A stretch of 64,000 bases of DNA from Hamiltosporidium tvaerminnensis FI-OER-3-3 (taxonomy: Eukaryota; Fungi; Microsporidia): positions 1,302,001 to 1,366,000 of the forward strand of contig CM061247.1 in assembly GCA_022605425.2 (NCBI GenBank). The letters are read 5' to 3'. The position numbers and the translations under genes were made by a program. Positions 35,993-49,191 of this stretch are shown piece by piece. Numbering within the stretch: position 1 is the stretch's first letter; each line of letters opens with the position of its first letter. The notes beneath the pieces were generated by a model. That model searched no databases and was not told the DNA's origin. It saw only the letters and a list, made by a program, of their open reading frames with translations.

Positions 35993-37765
35993 ATGGATGA
36001 AATATATAAGAAATATGAAAAAATTCTCAATTTTAGTGAAGTTAAACGAAATTTAAATATAAAAAAAGAAGAATTAGATAAGAATGCTCTAAAAATACAA
36101 AATTTAAAGAAAGAAGAAAAAAATATTTCAGAAAAAATAGAAAAAATACGCATAAACGAAATTATAAGTGAGTTGGAAAAACTTAGATTAGAAATAAAAA
36201 AGATGGAAATTGTGGAACAAGAAATTTCTGATATAAAAACTTTTAAAAACTTAACCAAAATTATAACCGATAAAAAGATAATTTGTGGAAAAGCAGAAAA
36301 ACTATTTTATAACTATTTCTGTATATATACCGGTAAAATAGAATGTATAATTGGACAAAACGAATTTAAAAAACAGATTTTTCATTCTTTAGATATTTCT
36401 TCTGATTTATTTATTTGTATTTTTTCTAAAGAACTTGAAATTTTCTTTTGTTTTTTGAAGGAATTCGATAATGAAATTTATAAAAATATAAAAAAAATCT
36501 TTTTAAGTTTTTTGAAACGGAATTTTAAAAATATTAATTGTGAAAATATTTTTTTATTTGAAAGTAAAAATTCTATTTGTGTTGTTTATAATTACATTGA
36601 TACCTCATATCCCGAAAAATGTAATTTAATATTTTCTAAAGTTGATGAATTTGATTTATCGAAATATAAAGAAACCAATTTAAATTTAATGATTGATAAA
36701 TATTCTAATATTTGTAAATATTTGGCTAATATTTTGTTTGAAAATTTAAAAAAATACATTTTGAAAAACAAAATAGAAAAAAACAAATTAAAAAACTCAT
36801 TTCTTGTATTTTTAAATACAAAATATTTTACCAATGATTTGGATAGATTTATATTGGATATTTTAATGAAACACATGATAGATTTAAGTAAACGAAACAG
36901 AGAAAATGTAGAATTACAGGAGTTTAAAAGTCAAAACCACCAAATACCAAAGATTATTTCAAAAAATTATTTAAAATTAATTACAAATTTTAAAAAATTG
37001 AATGAAATAGATATTCAAGACAATGAAAAGGTATTTGATACGATTATGAAAATATTTGTTGTATTTTTTAGTCAGAAAAAAACATATAAATCCTTAACGG
37101 ATTTATTCTCTTTATTTTGTGATTTAACACATTTCATAAAATTATATGAAAGTATTTTTTACGATGAATCAAAAGATAAAAATTCAGAAAATAAAAATTT
37201 TAATAACTTTTTAAAATCTAAAAAAGAAGAAATCAAAAATTCTATACAAAATTTAGAAAAATCGAAAAAGAAAATTTTGAAAAAAATATTTGAAAAAGGC
37301 GGCCAAATCGATTTCATATTTTTAGGAGAAAATACTAAAGAATTTAAATCAAAAATTAAAATGAAATACAAACTTTTTATTGATATTTTAAATCTAATGT
37401 TACCAGAAAGTATGAAACTTTCTATAGAAATCGGATATTCGGAATATATTTATATGCAATATATCGATTACGTTCTTTTTTTACCTGAGATTTCATATAA
37501 AGAATGTGACACTTTGTCTGAAGTAGGTCAATTCATTATAGATTTAGAATCAATTCCTAAAAATTATATTTCAAATTATCCAAAAATACTCGCAATCTCT
37601 GAAATTTTACAAATGAATTTGAATGAACTTGAAATTTATATTAAAAAAAATAAAAATGTATTTTCTTACACTGAAATATCTGGGATGGTAAATTCTATGT
37701 TTGAAGAAAGTGAAAAACGAGAAAGATTTCTCAAGAATCTTAAAAATTATTTATATAAAAAATGA
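35993..37765 (+). CDS. Probable ZW10/Dsl1 (CATCHR family) ER-tethering/kinetochore subunit (590 aa)
   Basis: C-terminus VLFLPEISYKECDTL...SEILQMNLNEL...VFSYTEISGMVNSMFEESEKRERFLKNLK fits the ZW10/Dsl1 C-terminal pattern (L.DIS..E...L; L...L.EI; FS..E...LI.A.F..T..R...L..I); N-terminal coiled coil. Confidence 0.7.
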   Translation: MDEIYKKYEKILNFSEVKRNLNIKKEELDKNALKIQNLKKEEKNISEKIEKIRINEIISELEKLRLEIKKMEIVEQEISDIKTFKNLTKIITDKKIICGKAEKLFYNYFCIYTGKIECIIGQNEFKKQIFHSLDISSDLFICIFSKELEIFFCFLKEFDNEIYKNIKKIFLSFLKRNFKNINCENIFLFESKNSICVVYNYIDTSYPEKCNLIFSKVDEFDLSKYKETNLNLMIDKYSNICKYLANILFENLKKYILKNKIEKNKLKNSFLVFLNTKYFTNDLDRFILDILMKHMIDLSKRNRENVELQEFKSQNHQIPKIISKNYLKLITNFKKLNEIDIQDNEKVFDTIMKIFVVFFSQKKTYKSLTDLFSLFCDLTHFIKLYESIFYDESKDKNSENKNFNNFLKSKKEEIKNSIQNLEKSKKKILKKIFEKGGQIDFIFLGENTKEFKSKIKMKYKLFIDILNLMLPESMKLSIEIGYSEYIYMQYIDYVLFLPEISYKECDTLSEVGQFIIDLESIPKNYISNYPKILAISEILQMNLNELEIYIKKNKNVFSYTEISGMVNSMFEESEKRERFLKNLKNYLYKK

Positions 37766-38177
37766 ATTTATTTCCTTCAATTACTCGTTTACAAAATTCA
37801 AGTAAAATTATTTCAATATTAAAGTGTTTGTTACTAATGTATTCTTCTATTTTATCTTAGTATTCATGTTCTTAGATTTTCTTATTTTAAAGAAAGTTTA
37901 GAGTTTGTTATTTATATAATTCTGGTTTATATTTTGTTTTAGCCATTTTTCATCTAATTTCGATACAAAAAAAAGTTGATTATAATTAAAATGTTGTTTT
38001 TATATTTGTATCTTATTTTTATACTTATTTTTAACATTTAATTAAATATTAAATTTCTAAATCTTTTTTTTTCTTTTTATAAAGTCTTGGTTTATAAAAA
38101 AATGCTTTTTTTAATCGTTGCTTTCAAATTTATTTTTTAAATAAAATAAAATTATACATTTCTATTTCTTTAAAAAC

Positions 38178-38906
38178 AAGTGGAGTGAGGATAACCACAT
38201 AAAAAACTATCTTCTTGGCAATGAGTGTGTGAAACTGGTGTGAGTATCATTGTTTTGATTTTTGGTGAAATATAAACCACATTAGATCATCGGCTGTTCC
38301 ATGGGAGTTGTTATGAGGAAAAGAGTCTAAAAAATGGCGAAACTTTCTACAAATTTATTTGTAGTTTTTTACGTAACCAGATTGCAGACCGCAGCTGAAC
38401 ATGTAGGTAAATGCCATGTAAAAGCATGGAAACCTAGCCTTGCTCACTCCGGTTAGAAGACTTAGCGCCTGGGAGATATAAAAATAAAAACCATTAAAAG
38501 CCAGGAAAGCTAAGTAGCAGGCTATACCTGTTGGTATGACATTGCACTGTCTAGGTGAACCCCATGTAAATCTCTGAAATATATCTTAGCTAGAAGTTTA
38601 TTGGGTTCAGAAAGTGTAGAGTAAGTTGGAATGCTGCATAGTCTTTGTGAAGCCCAGGGTCGACTTCGGCCTTCGATAACATTCCATGCAACAGGACTTA
38701 AAGAAGTCTGGACAACCGCCTCGTCTAGTAATTAGGTTCTACACACCTGTTAGATGAAAGGCTATGGTATGTAGGTATCGTAGGAGGGTACTGATGGAGT
38801 GTTAGAGTAGCAGTTATTTATGTTAAACTCAGAACTGCGTTAATTTCATGAAAACAAATATAAAACTTCATACTGTTCTAAAAAGATGGGATACCTTTGA
38901 ATAAAG
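38178..38906 (+). mobile_element. Family A element, copy A7
   Basis: Full length and colinear with A5; tacatttctattt occurs on both flanks (~38155 and ~38917) within an imperfect duplication. Confidence 0.9.
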
Positions 38907-41900
38907 CCGTATAACTTACATTTCTATTTTTGTTAAAATCTTATCTAATTTCAAAACATTTAATTACCACAATCTACTTTATATAAAAATATTTTACTCA
39001 CCAGGGAAATACAAGAATATACAAATTCATATAAACCTATTTTTTTTAGTTTAAACAAAACTTAAATTTTGTTTTGGAATTCGAGGAATAATTCCTCGAA
39101 AGGCATAATTTCTTTGTAAAATGATATTTATTTATAATTTTCTCAAAGCACAAGAGTATATTGAAGTCAGAATTATATTAGATTTTAATATATGAAAATA
39201 CAGTGTATTACACTCTTCAAAGTTTTAATTTGGTTCTGCAAACGAAGTCTAAAGAATCGAGATCGGGCATTTCTATAATAAAATTATCTTTAAAGAAGAA
39301 AAAATGTTAATCTGCTGATAAATATTTAAACAATTTTAAAGTTATAATTGAGTATACAGGCTAGGTTAATACCAAAATGATATGGTAATTTACTAAACAT
39401 AGATTAAAAATATATGCCTACCACTGCATGTACATATTTACCTTCATTTGACCACAAGAGTACTCTCGGAAAAATAGTAATTCGGATTTAAGGGGGTCAA
39501 TGAGTATAGTAGAAATATGCTGTATGTTAAATTTGGCTATATAATTATTGAAGTACTTATTACGAACCTTTCAGTATATAAAAGTTGTTAGTTTAGTATA
39601 ATTAATAAAACAAAATCTAATAAGTTCATATATGTTCAAAATTGATTGCAGTTACATTTTCAGAATATTAGAGCAAGGCTAAATAAATATAGCATGGTAA
39701 TATCTTATAACAGAAAAAATAGACGCTTTCAATTACTTTAAACATACATTTTTGTTAAATGTCGAATCTATATATTTATTTTATTCATATAGATAATATT
39801 TACTTTCGTGAAAATGAGAAAAACGTATAACTTATAAAATAAGATTTTTCCTATTTTTATATAGCTCTTTTAGTTTAGGTTTAGATTTATTTTAATGTGA
39901 ATGGCTCTTTTTATTTTTAAGCTTAAAGATCAGCAGAAAGTTTACGTGGAAAACCAGCTTAGTGCTTCATAAGAGTAATTTATTTTGAATTTTTATACTA
40001 CCAGATTTGTCTGAAAGACTTTGGAAAACAATTAACATGTCCCTCGATTAATTGAAATAACAAGCGATGGAAATACCCGAATTTCACAATTCATTAGTTT
40101 TTACGCTTCTTTACCTCTAATAATGACTTTTCAGCAATTAAAAATAAGGGTTTGCAAGATAAAGTGCTATAAAGTGGTTGATGTTTGTTTTTTTATTTTC
40201 TAGATTATAATTAATAGATGACTGATCTTCTATTATTTCAAAACTCCTTAATTTTGGTTTTATCAACTGCAAAATGTAGTTTAAATTGTACCTAGTGTTT
40301 ATAATCACCTAAAATAATGACCCATTAATGAATGCATTTCATTTTTTTCTATATTCAAATACGATTTCATCGAAAGCCTAACTCTCATTTTTTCTTCTGC
40401 AGTCAGATCACACATACTCAGTTTTCAATACAACTTTTCATTAACTCTTTTGACTTAGCCTTATATTTAAACGATTCCTTAATCTATTTTACAACTTTCA
40501 GCATTGAAAAGATAGAAATTCGATAAGAATAAGATTTTTAAATTCCGCTATAAAATCACATTTTTAAATTATCTACTTATTTGTTTTCTTAAAATTTACG
40601 TGAAAGCAGATATAATGTTTTTAGAGATTTTATTTTTATAGGCAAATAAATAAAACTTTAAATAACACACCAAGCCCTTTAGAATCTACTCATTTATAAG
40701 TTTTATTTGTGAAAATTCTTAAATTAACATTTATTTGTTGATAGGCTTTGGTTATAGTGTAAAAATAGGGGATATTTGAGAACGCAACTTAATTGTTGAT
40801 ATATTTTACGGGTTAAATAATTGGAACCATAATCATAAGAAACTCGCTTCTAAAGTCAATAAAACGTGTTTGTGTTATAATATACATTACTATCACTATT
40901 TTATGATTAGTAAGTTAATTATATCAAATATCACATGTTTTTTTTAGTACAAATTAATCTCGCTTTCAGTACCTTTTTATAAACATTTTCGATTCCTCAG
41001 TAAACATTTTTTTGCTTATTAATAGGCAGTATTATTTAAAAAAATGTTTTTTAGCACCAAAAATCAGATTTCAGACAATCATATATTCAAGATATTTTTT
41101 TATTAATTCTGCGATAGTCAAAATAATTTTTATGGGATTAATTTTCTGTTAAAACATTCCTCCATAAACTTATAAAGAAAAATAAATTGAATCTCTTACT
41201 AAAAAACGAGATTATAAAAGTAATCGTACTTTTAAACCTTAAAAAACGAGTAATTTCTAATTATATTAGATTTTTTATACTTTATATTTTATTTCCAAAT
41301 ATAAGTCTACATATGAATGTAATAATTTTCATCATATTGATAGTAACTTGGACTAACAAAAATGAGCTTCACGCTTAATTCTATTCATCTTGTAAAGTGA
41401 ACTATATTTAACATCTAGGGTCGATTTAGATCGACATAATAGAAGCAAAAAAGACCTATTTATATATTAAGCCCTATTCTTATATAACTATATCTAATAT
41501 CTAAGAGCATGTTTCAATTTCAAATTTTAAGAATTACTGTTGAATTATTATATAAATTAATTAACTTTTGGCTAAATTCCATAATAGTATATTTATTCTT
41601 TTTAAGAATTTAAGAATTACTGTTGAATTTTTTATATTAATTTATTAAGCTTCTCTGAATTTTTTAATAATAGATTTATATTTTTTAAGAATTGAAAAAA
41701 AGATTTTTATTTTTATATTGACAATATTTGCCAATTTATCATTTTTCCTAGAAAAGTAAATGTAGTTTTAAGTGAATAAAGAAATAATATAATATATGAT
41801 TCTGTTAGAAAACATCTAAAACCGATAATTAAATAGACCTATGACCCCATGAATCTTAAATTTTAAAAAATCAGAAAAAAAATTTAAAAATATGATATTT

Positions 41901-41940
41901 ACAATTTTTAAATATAAATTTGGAACACCCGATAAAAGAA

Positions 41941-43113
41941 ATGTCATATTTGTGCAAAATATTTTTTCCAATAACATTATCGATATTTAGTTTTCATATT
42001 AGTAGGTTTGGGTATTGTTCTATCCATAGAGATAGTGTGATAAAATATACACAATCTAATCGAACAGATGCTTCGGGTTTTGATCCGTTAATATGCCCAA
42101 ATCCACCATTTAATACAAAATATGCATCTAGTGTGAGTCATTTGCTGCCAAATGAAACTGATTTTGAGTTTTGTGACCATTCTGGAAAGATATATAATGA
42201 ATTGCCACTTGATGGGTGTTGCGAACACCCAGATAACCCAATTTTTGAATCGTATAAAGAAAATCGGGATCGACCTGAAGAAAGGTCATATGATGAAGCT
42301 TATACTCTATCAGAGGATCTCATGCCTTTAAGTTATGATGAAAAAAACAATTTCTGTGGTAAGACTTCATCTAATACAATAAATACAGAATCAGAAAAAA
42401 ATGATTTTTTGCCAAGTGAAGAAGGCAAAATTGAAGCTGGTGAAGTTCCGGATTTTGAATGCGGTAGTCAATATGTGAAATCAATTTTTGAAACACCTGT
42501 TAAAAATCCTGAACATAAAAATGAAGATCAGATCTTTGGAAGCCGTGATCAATTATATGAATCGATTTCTGGAATTTATGATAGAAAGTCAGATAATGGA
42601 AGTGAAGATTCGTCATACGAAAGTTGTATTCAGTTTGAGGAACATAGTATCGAGAGTTATGATGAAGATATAAACAAAAAAGGTGATAACTTGTTATACG
42701 AAGCCTGGTGTCAATCAGATGAAGGTATTCTTGAGATGAATGATAAAAATTCCGACAATGGAAGTGAAGATTTATCACTTGAAAATTACAGATCAGAAAT
42801 AGAGAGTAAAAACTCCATATCAGATTCTTTGAAGGAGTTTTTAAAAAATCATATAACAAATCAAGGAGAGCCACATACTGATTTTATCTTAAACTTCTTA
42901 CTAGAAATCTTTAGTAATGCTGAAATAAAAACAATATTGACTGAAATTATAGCAAGGAAAAAAATCGAAATTGTCCGCGACAAATGCACCTTAATACAGA
43001 ATTTTTTTGAAACTTTAAAAACGACTGATGAAGATCAATGGGATGAAAAATTTGCGAAGCATAAACCTCAATATAAAGAATTGAAGCGTCAATATGATCA
43101 GCTTAACATCTAA
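41941..43113 (+). CDS. Putative secreted acidic protein with conserved C-terminal helical domain (paralogue of 56042-56802)
   Basis: First ATG at 41941 (the ORF track starts at TTG 41920), CCC just upstream; signal-like MSYLCKIFFPITLSIFSF; internal repeat D.(K/N)SDNGSED.S.E twice. Confidence 0.8.
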   Translation: MSYLCKIFFPITLSIFSFHISRFGYCSIHRDSVIKYTQSNRTDASGFDPLICPNPPFNTKYASSVSHLLPNETDFEFCDHSGKIYNELPLDGCCEHPDNPIFESYKENRDRPEERSYDEAYTLSEDLMPLSYDEKNNFCGKTSSNTINTESEKNDFLPSEEGKIEAGEVPDFECGSQYVKSIFETPVKNPEHKNEDQIFGSRDQLYESISGIYDRKSDNGSEDSSYESCIQFEEHSIESYDEDINKKGDNLLYEAWCQSDEGILEMNDKNSDNGSEDLSLENYRSEIESKNSISDSLKEFLKNHITNQGEPHTDFILNFLLEIFSNAEIKTILTEIIARKKIEIVRDKCTLIQNFFETLKTTDEDQWDEKFAKHKPQYKELKRQYDQLNI

Positions 43114-45396
43114 AAAAACCTACAAGAATTTTCGCTCATTTTTAATCTAACCCTTAATTTTTAACCGAAATTATTAATAAAATAAATCTATTTTTTAAAA
43201 AATTTCTTATTAGTATAGATTCTGTGACTATTCTTACTAAAATTAATCTTAGAAGTTATAATACAGTATTTTGCTTGTGAATGAATAAAAACCAATCAGC
43301 TACGTGTATTATTTTATTCAAACACTCGTATACATATGGTTTATTTTTGATTAAAATTTAATTAGTTTGAATTTTGGAAATTATATCTATATTTATTTTA
43401 AATCCAAGATAATTAGGTAATATGATATAACTGACAAAATATTAATATTATATCTGAAGTTGAGAAGATATTACAACAAATACATATATATTCTACAAAA
43501 TGGGGCCTTTATTATATAGTTATGTTCAAAATATAACGAAGCATGTATTAAAATAGATAAAATACAATTCGAAGACTTTAATCCAGCAACAATGATAATT
43601 TGCAAATCATGTGAGCTTCGGATAAATAGATTGAGGCAGATAAAAAGAAATATGAACTAAGTAATATTTTATAGCTGGTAAATTTAAAATTGAAATAAAG
43701 TGAATAATGAACTAAATTTCTATTATTAACTTAATATAATCTTTACATTATGTGGAGTTTACAATACTTTGATGGTTATGAAATTCCATCAAAGGAAATT
43801 ACGTGTACAAATATATAAATATTAAAGAGTAGGTGCCAATATCTATTCAAACACTTTATTAGTTTACTTTATTAGGTGCGTGATTTCCATAGAATTAACA
43901 GACTGGCAAAATTGCTTTCAAAATTGATCTGTATGTGTACTGATAGAAGTATTTCACTTTACACAGTCAGCTAATACCACTAGAATAGTATTAGAAAAAC
44001 AACAGCTTATAGTGTTATTCATGTAAAAATGCATTATACATTTGGGTTTGTTATTGGAAATAAAAAACCCATTAGAAAGATTTAAATAAACAAGCTTTTT
44101 CTAAACCAAGATATTCTGGTATAAAATAATAATTTTTGTCATCAGTGTAGCAATTGATAAATGAATGTTATATTAAACCAAAGTTTGCGAGCTTTAAAGA
44201 ATCAAGAGAAATTTTCAAGCAAAATACTTCGATATAAAACCGTAAGAACACTTCAATATGTCTTTTTTTCTTAATTATAAATAAAGTAGAATTTCAATGA
44301 ATTGTTTATGAGTTAAATAGATGAAACCAAAAATGAATTTAATTACTCATATTAAGATCAAAATTAGGTTTATTGAGGAAAAATTGTATTCTATAAACGC
44401 AAAGAAATGTTACAAAATTGTAATTTTTTTCAAAATTTTATTGAGCATCCAAAACTAGTTATTAAATACATTATAGCATAATCATACTCGATTTGAATTC
44501 ATCAGACTCAGTATTCTACATATTTAATAAAAAAATATCACGGTAGGTAACAAAAGTAAAATCATTTTCTCATTTTTTGATATTTACAAATATTTCTTCA
44601 AAAAACCAAATTAAATACTAGAATGCAGAAAATTTTATGTTTAGAATATAATTAATGGTCTAAAATTGTTATTAAAAAAAATATTAGGCGAATGTGAAAA
44701 CCCTATGTTTCAAATGCCAACAGAAGCCTGAAGCAATAAAGAAAACTTAAAAAGTGAAAATATAAAATATAAAAATCCCATTCAAATTTTAACGTTTCGG
44801 TCATTCAGTTTCTGTTATTATTTTATTATTATTACTATGGTTTTACTTATTGTATCAATAATATAAAAAACTTCATCTATCAGTTAGGATCAGAGTATAA
44901 ATCACAACAATATTATTTTATTTTCAGATATTCTTATGGTATATTAGTGATTAAATCAAAATAAGATTTAATAATTATAAATGAAAGCCATGTATGAAGC
45001 TATGATAAGATCATTTTCTCGTAATCACGAGTCTGTCGTTATTTAAAAAAATAATCATGAAGGTATGATTCCTACAAATAGCTAATTTATATTTCTAGTT
45101 AAAGATATACATACCGTAAATAATCTAAATTGAAAATTAGAATATGAGTTAAGGCAGAAATATTTGTTAACGAAACTCTAAATATTAGTTAAATTAAAAA
45201 ATATAAAAATATCTAAAGCATACATAAAATCGAATTCTTTTAGAAAATTTACATTGAGCCTAAACAAATGGATATTCTTTTAAATAAAGGTTGAATAGAG
45301 TAATAGTTTTACTTAAGTATTTCATAAATAAAACATAATATAACATGATTAATGTAGATTTATTATTAATTCTGAATAAATATAATATAACTTGTA

Positions 45397-48300
45397 ATAA
45401 TACTTTTTTAAATGGGTAGAAGAAAAAAAGTTGACAGCGAAAATATAAAAAATGAAGAAATAAAGGCTGTAAACAACTCGGAAATTAGTTTAAAACAGAC
45501 AAAAACGTGTGATAGAGATGTAGTGACTATATCCGAGACACATCCACCACAACCGACCATCCATAATAACACCCACTCCCCATCGAGCACTACGTTATAT
45601 GTTACTCCAGTCAGCCTGCTCGATTCCGCACCCTCTTCTTCCTGTCCCGATTCTTCTGCGTGTGGACCAGCCAACACAATGGAAAACCTCAATGCACCTG
45701 CCATTCCAGAAGGAAATCGACTGATGGTATTGCATTCAATACTTGACTCTGTCACAGCCGTAGAGCAGGAATGGCCTAGATCTGCTATGTCAGCAGTGCA
45801 AAAAAGGTTTGAGAGAATGCCTAGAAATGGCTGGTCTGCAATTCTTAGGTACTATAATGGGAAATTTGGTCGAACTGTTGATATCGATATGTTAAAAAAA
45901 TTAACACATAATGAGGCAGAAAGGGAAATAAGGCAAGAAGAGAATGGAGAGCGACGTAGAATCCCCACTTGTCTCGCCGAGCCATGTTCCTTACCTGACA
46001 CTACACTCTATATGAACCTGAGAGAAAAGTTCTTGTGTAAAATCAAGGAACTCTCTGAGAAGGAAATCGGAGATGTAGTGGTCCGAACTAGAAAACTTCC
46101 AAGTACTTGGTTGATAGTAAAGTTTTGGAACTCATAAATCGGATCACAGGTGAATATGCTGAATCTCATGTGCCTAAGAATGTTAGTGATGCAGCTCGAA
46201 TCATCCAGGCGGCCCAGGTATGTTATGACGAGGAAACACGTAAGGAGAAACCTAGATCCGCTTGGAAGGAAAACATAGAATGTAAAATTTCTAAGTTAGT
46301 ACTTTCCAAAGATCTCCTCGAGAAGGCTCGTAAACTGGAAAAGCTCTCTACTTCGGAAACGACAAGTCTCAGAAAAATTATGCGAGAGTTTAATCTAGAC
46401 TTAAGCAAAATAAATGATCTCTCTGAGGCTTTGGTTAAGAAGAATGAGGCTTTAAATGTGTACGAGAAAAAAATTACGATGTATGAAAGTAGGAGGAAAT
46501 TTCGAAAGAGAATCGTATGTTTGAGTTATTCCGAGGTCGATTCTATCGAGGATTATCTGAGCGCGTTGAATCCGAGCATGTGGTTTATCGTGACGAAATT
46601 TCAGAATTTTGGTCTACAATGTGGAATAAAAATGATAAAGTAGTTACATATGATGAGTATTTGATACCTTTCGTGTCAGATACGCAACAGACCACGTTTC
46701 CTTCATTTGAAGAGTTTATAGATATCATCAATTGGCTGCCTAACTGGAAAGCCGCTGGAATTGATGGTATTTATAACTTTTACATCAAGAAACTTACGAG
46801 CCTTCATAAATATCTTTACGATATTGTGAAAGCCATATGTTTAGAAGGAACGCCTCAAGCCGATTGATATTATTGTGGACTTACATATCTGATACCTAAA
46901 GGTACACCAAAGACTGGCTCTGATTACAGACCAATAACTTGTATGTCAAACCTGTATAAACTGACTACAAAATGTGTCACTAAAGTGGTTCAGGTTGAGG
47001 TGGAAAGACGAGGATTACTTTCAGATAATCAGTTGGGAGTGGTTAGAGGAGTGCAAGGAGCGAAAGAACAGGCCCTATTGAATATTGCCATTAATAAAGA
47101 GTACGGAAACAATCTTAAGGCAACATGGATTGATGTCAAAAAAGCTTATGATTCAATAGATCATGCTTATTTGACACAATGTATCGAAAACCTTAATTTG
47201 CCTGATTGGATACTGAAATTTATTAAGGTAATTATATCAAAATAATAAATGAAAAATCAGTAGGGCCTGAAAAAATCATGAGCAAGAAGATTGATAGAGG
47301 GATTCTGCAGGGAGATAGTTTGTCACCATTATTGTTTGTGTTGTATATGGATCCATTGAGCCGAAAGCTTAATGAGAAATACACAAAAGTGACAATAAAG
47401 ACAGATGCAGAATCCCACGCGACTAATCATCTCTTGTTTATTGACGATCTTAAGCTCTTTGCCGAAGATGGACAAACATTGGAAGAAATGACGGAGGAGG
47501 TTAAAAAGTTTATGAATAATATAGGATTGGAAATTAACAAAGAGAAGTCAGCTATTAATGATCCATGTTGTGAAGATACTGCTACTCTTCTTGAAGGAAT
47601 AGGTGTTTATAAATATCTTGGAATTAAAGAAGATAGCAGAGGAATTCCAACAAGTAAGTCGTTTGAGAAAGTACAGACTAAACGAATAGCACGAGTAGAA
47701 AGACTTTGTCGCACGAGATTAAAGTCAAGAAATTTATTTCAAGCCATTAATCAACAGGCAATTTCTTTACTAAACTATCATATAGGTATACTCCGACCTG
47801 AACCGGCTGACTTCTCTAAGTTAGATGATGCGGTGCGTGCAGTGTTAGTAAAGAACAAAATACATCTACGCCCAGGATGCAAAGAACGTCTATACCTTCC
47901 ACGTAAAGAACTTGGAAGAGGTTTACATAGTGTCGAGTTCAAAAGCGAACATATGTTTTTGCAACACTTGGATTGTCTGGAAAAACATAAAGATACATCG
48001 ACCAGAAGAGCAGCAATCCTAAAGTTTGAGAATAATAATAAAACCCACCTTTCACTAATTAAAAACTTTTAAAAAATAAAATACGGGTTGGAAGAGGAAG
48101 TTTCAAAAAAAAAATTGGAAGAAGCTCAACTAGCTAACCTATATAACGAAATCAAAAACCGAAAACCACATTCAAAGTTATATAGCGCTAGAAACAACGA
48201 GCTGGTAAATTCAAATGACTCCTCAAGATGATTAAAGAAAGGAAGTGTAAGACCACGTGATGAAGCAGTGTTCTGTTATATCCAGGATAGAAATGTATTC

Positions 48301-49191
48301 TGGGGTGCAGAAGGTATGTGTCAACACTGCAACCAGTCTAGGAAAACTGTTGATCACTTAGCAACGAGATGTGAAAAAATGCTTGGTCATGACTATACTA
48401 GACGACATAATGAAGTGGTACGATGTATACATTTACTCTTGCTGAATAAATATAAGTTTAAGTCTTCAAAACGAATTAGAAGCCACTCAGTTCAAGAAAT
48501 TCTTGATAACGAATATGTAGAGATAAGAGTGGACACCAGAATAAAAACTGATGTCAAGATTCGGTGTAACAGACCAGATATATTTATTTTAGACAAGAGA
48601 CAGAATAGGATAACCCTCATTGAAGTAGGAATCACATCCCAAGACTCTCTTCAAATAGTTGAAACAGAGAAGCTTAGGAAGTATGACCTATTAGAAAATG
48701 AGTTAGGTCTTATTTATAAATGCAGTGTAGAGATAATTCCTTATGTGATGACCTGGGACGGTATTGTGACAAAATACCATAAGACGTATGTTAAGAGACT
48801 GCAAATACCCATGAATGTAGAGGCATATATACAATCCATAGTACTCAAGAAGACAGTCGAAACAATTTCTTTTGATCGACGAAGAGGACTTGAGTCTGGT
48901 CCAAATGCCGAGGAGAGCTGGGAGAGAGCATCATTAAGTGTTATCTTAGGAGCTGAGATGCATAAACAACCACTACCCCCTTTAAAGCAAGTAGACAACG
49001 AGGAAGATGATGTTAAAACGGAAAATACAAAAAATATTTTACCCCTTATTTTGGATGGCATAACCACAGCAAAGGAACCATCAACCAATACAAATGAAGA
49101 GTTGGAGTTGGAGGAAGAAATAGAAGTGGTTGAAATGGTGGAAAGAATTATTTAAAAAGAAAAATTTGTTAACCCAGAATTTTATTAAATA
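45397..49191 (+). mobile_element. Full-length non-LTR retrotransposon of the RLE type (R4/Dong-like); single ORF (45412-49155) disrupted by several frameshifts and stops
   Basis: RT motifs WKAAGIDGI, YRPITCMSNLYK, WIDVKKAYDSIDH, RGILQGDSLSPLLF, HLLFIDDLKL, YKYLG, ERLYLPRKELGRGL; zinc knuckle CQHC...H....C plus RHN; RLE RPDI...LIEVG...EKLRKY; 13-bp TSD aatataacttgta at 45384-45396 and 49192-49204. Confidence 0.93.

Noticed and set aside
38950-45300. Coding-like or transposase-like patches in intergenic DNA (also 27700-29300, 49300-50200, 54000-55950)
   Set aside because: No motif or ORF could be identified by eye; may be very old TE or gene debris and needs a translated search
46865-48231. 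TGA/TAA at expected Trp positions in the LINE, suggesting TGA=Trp recoding
   Set aside because: Host genes use TGG for Trp and TGA as stop (e.g. 37763-37765); the element also has frameshifts, so these are ordinary inactivating mutations
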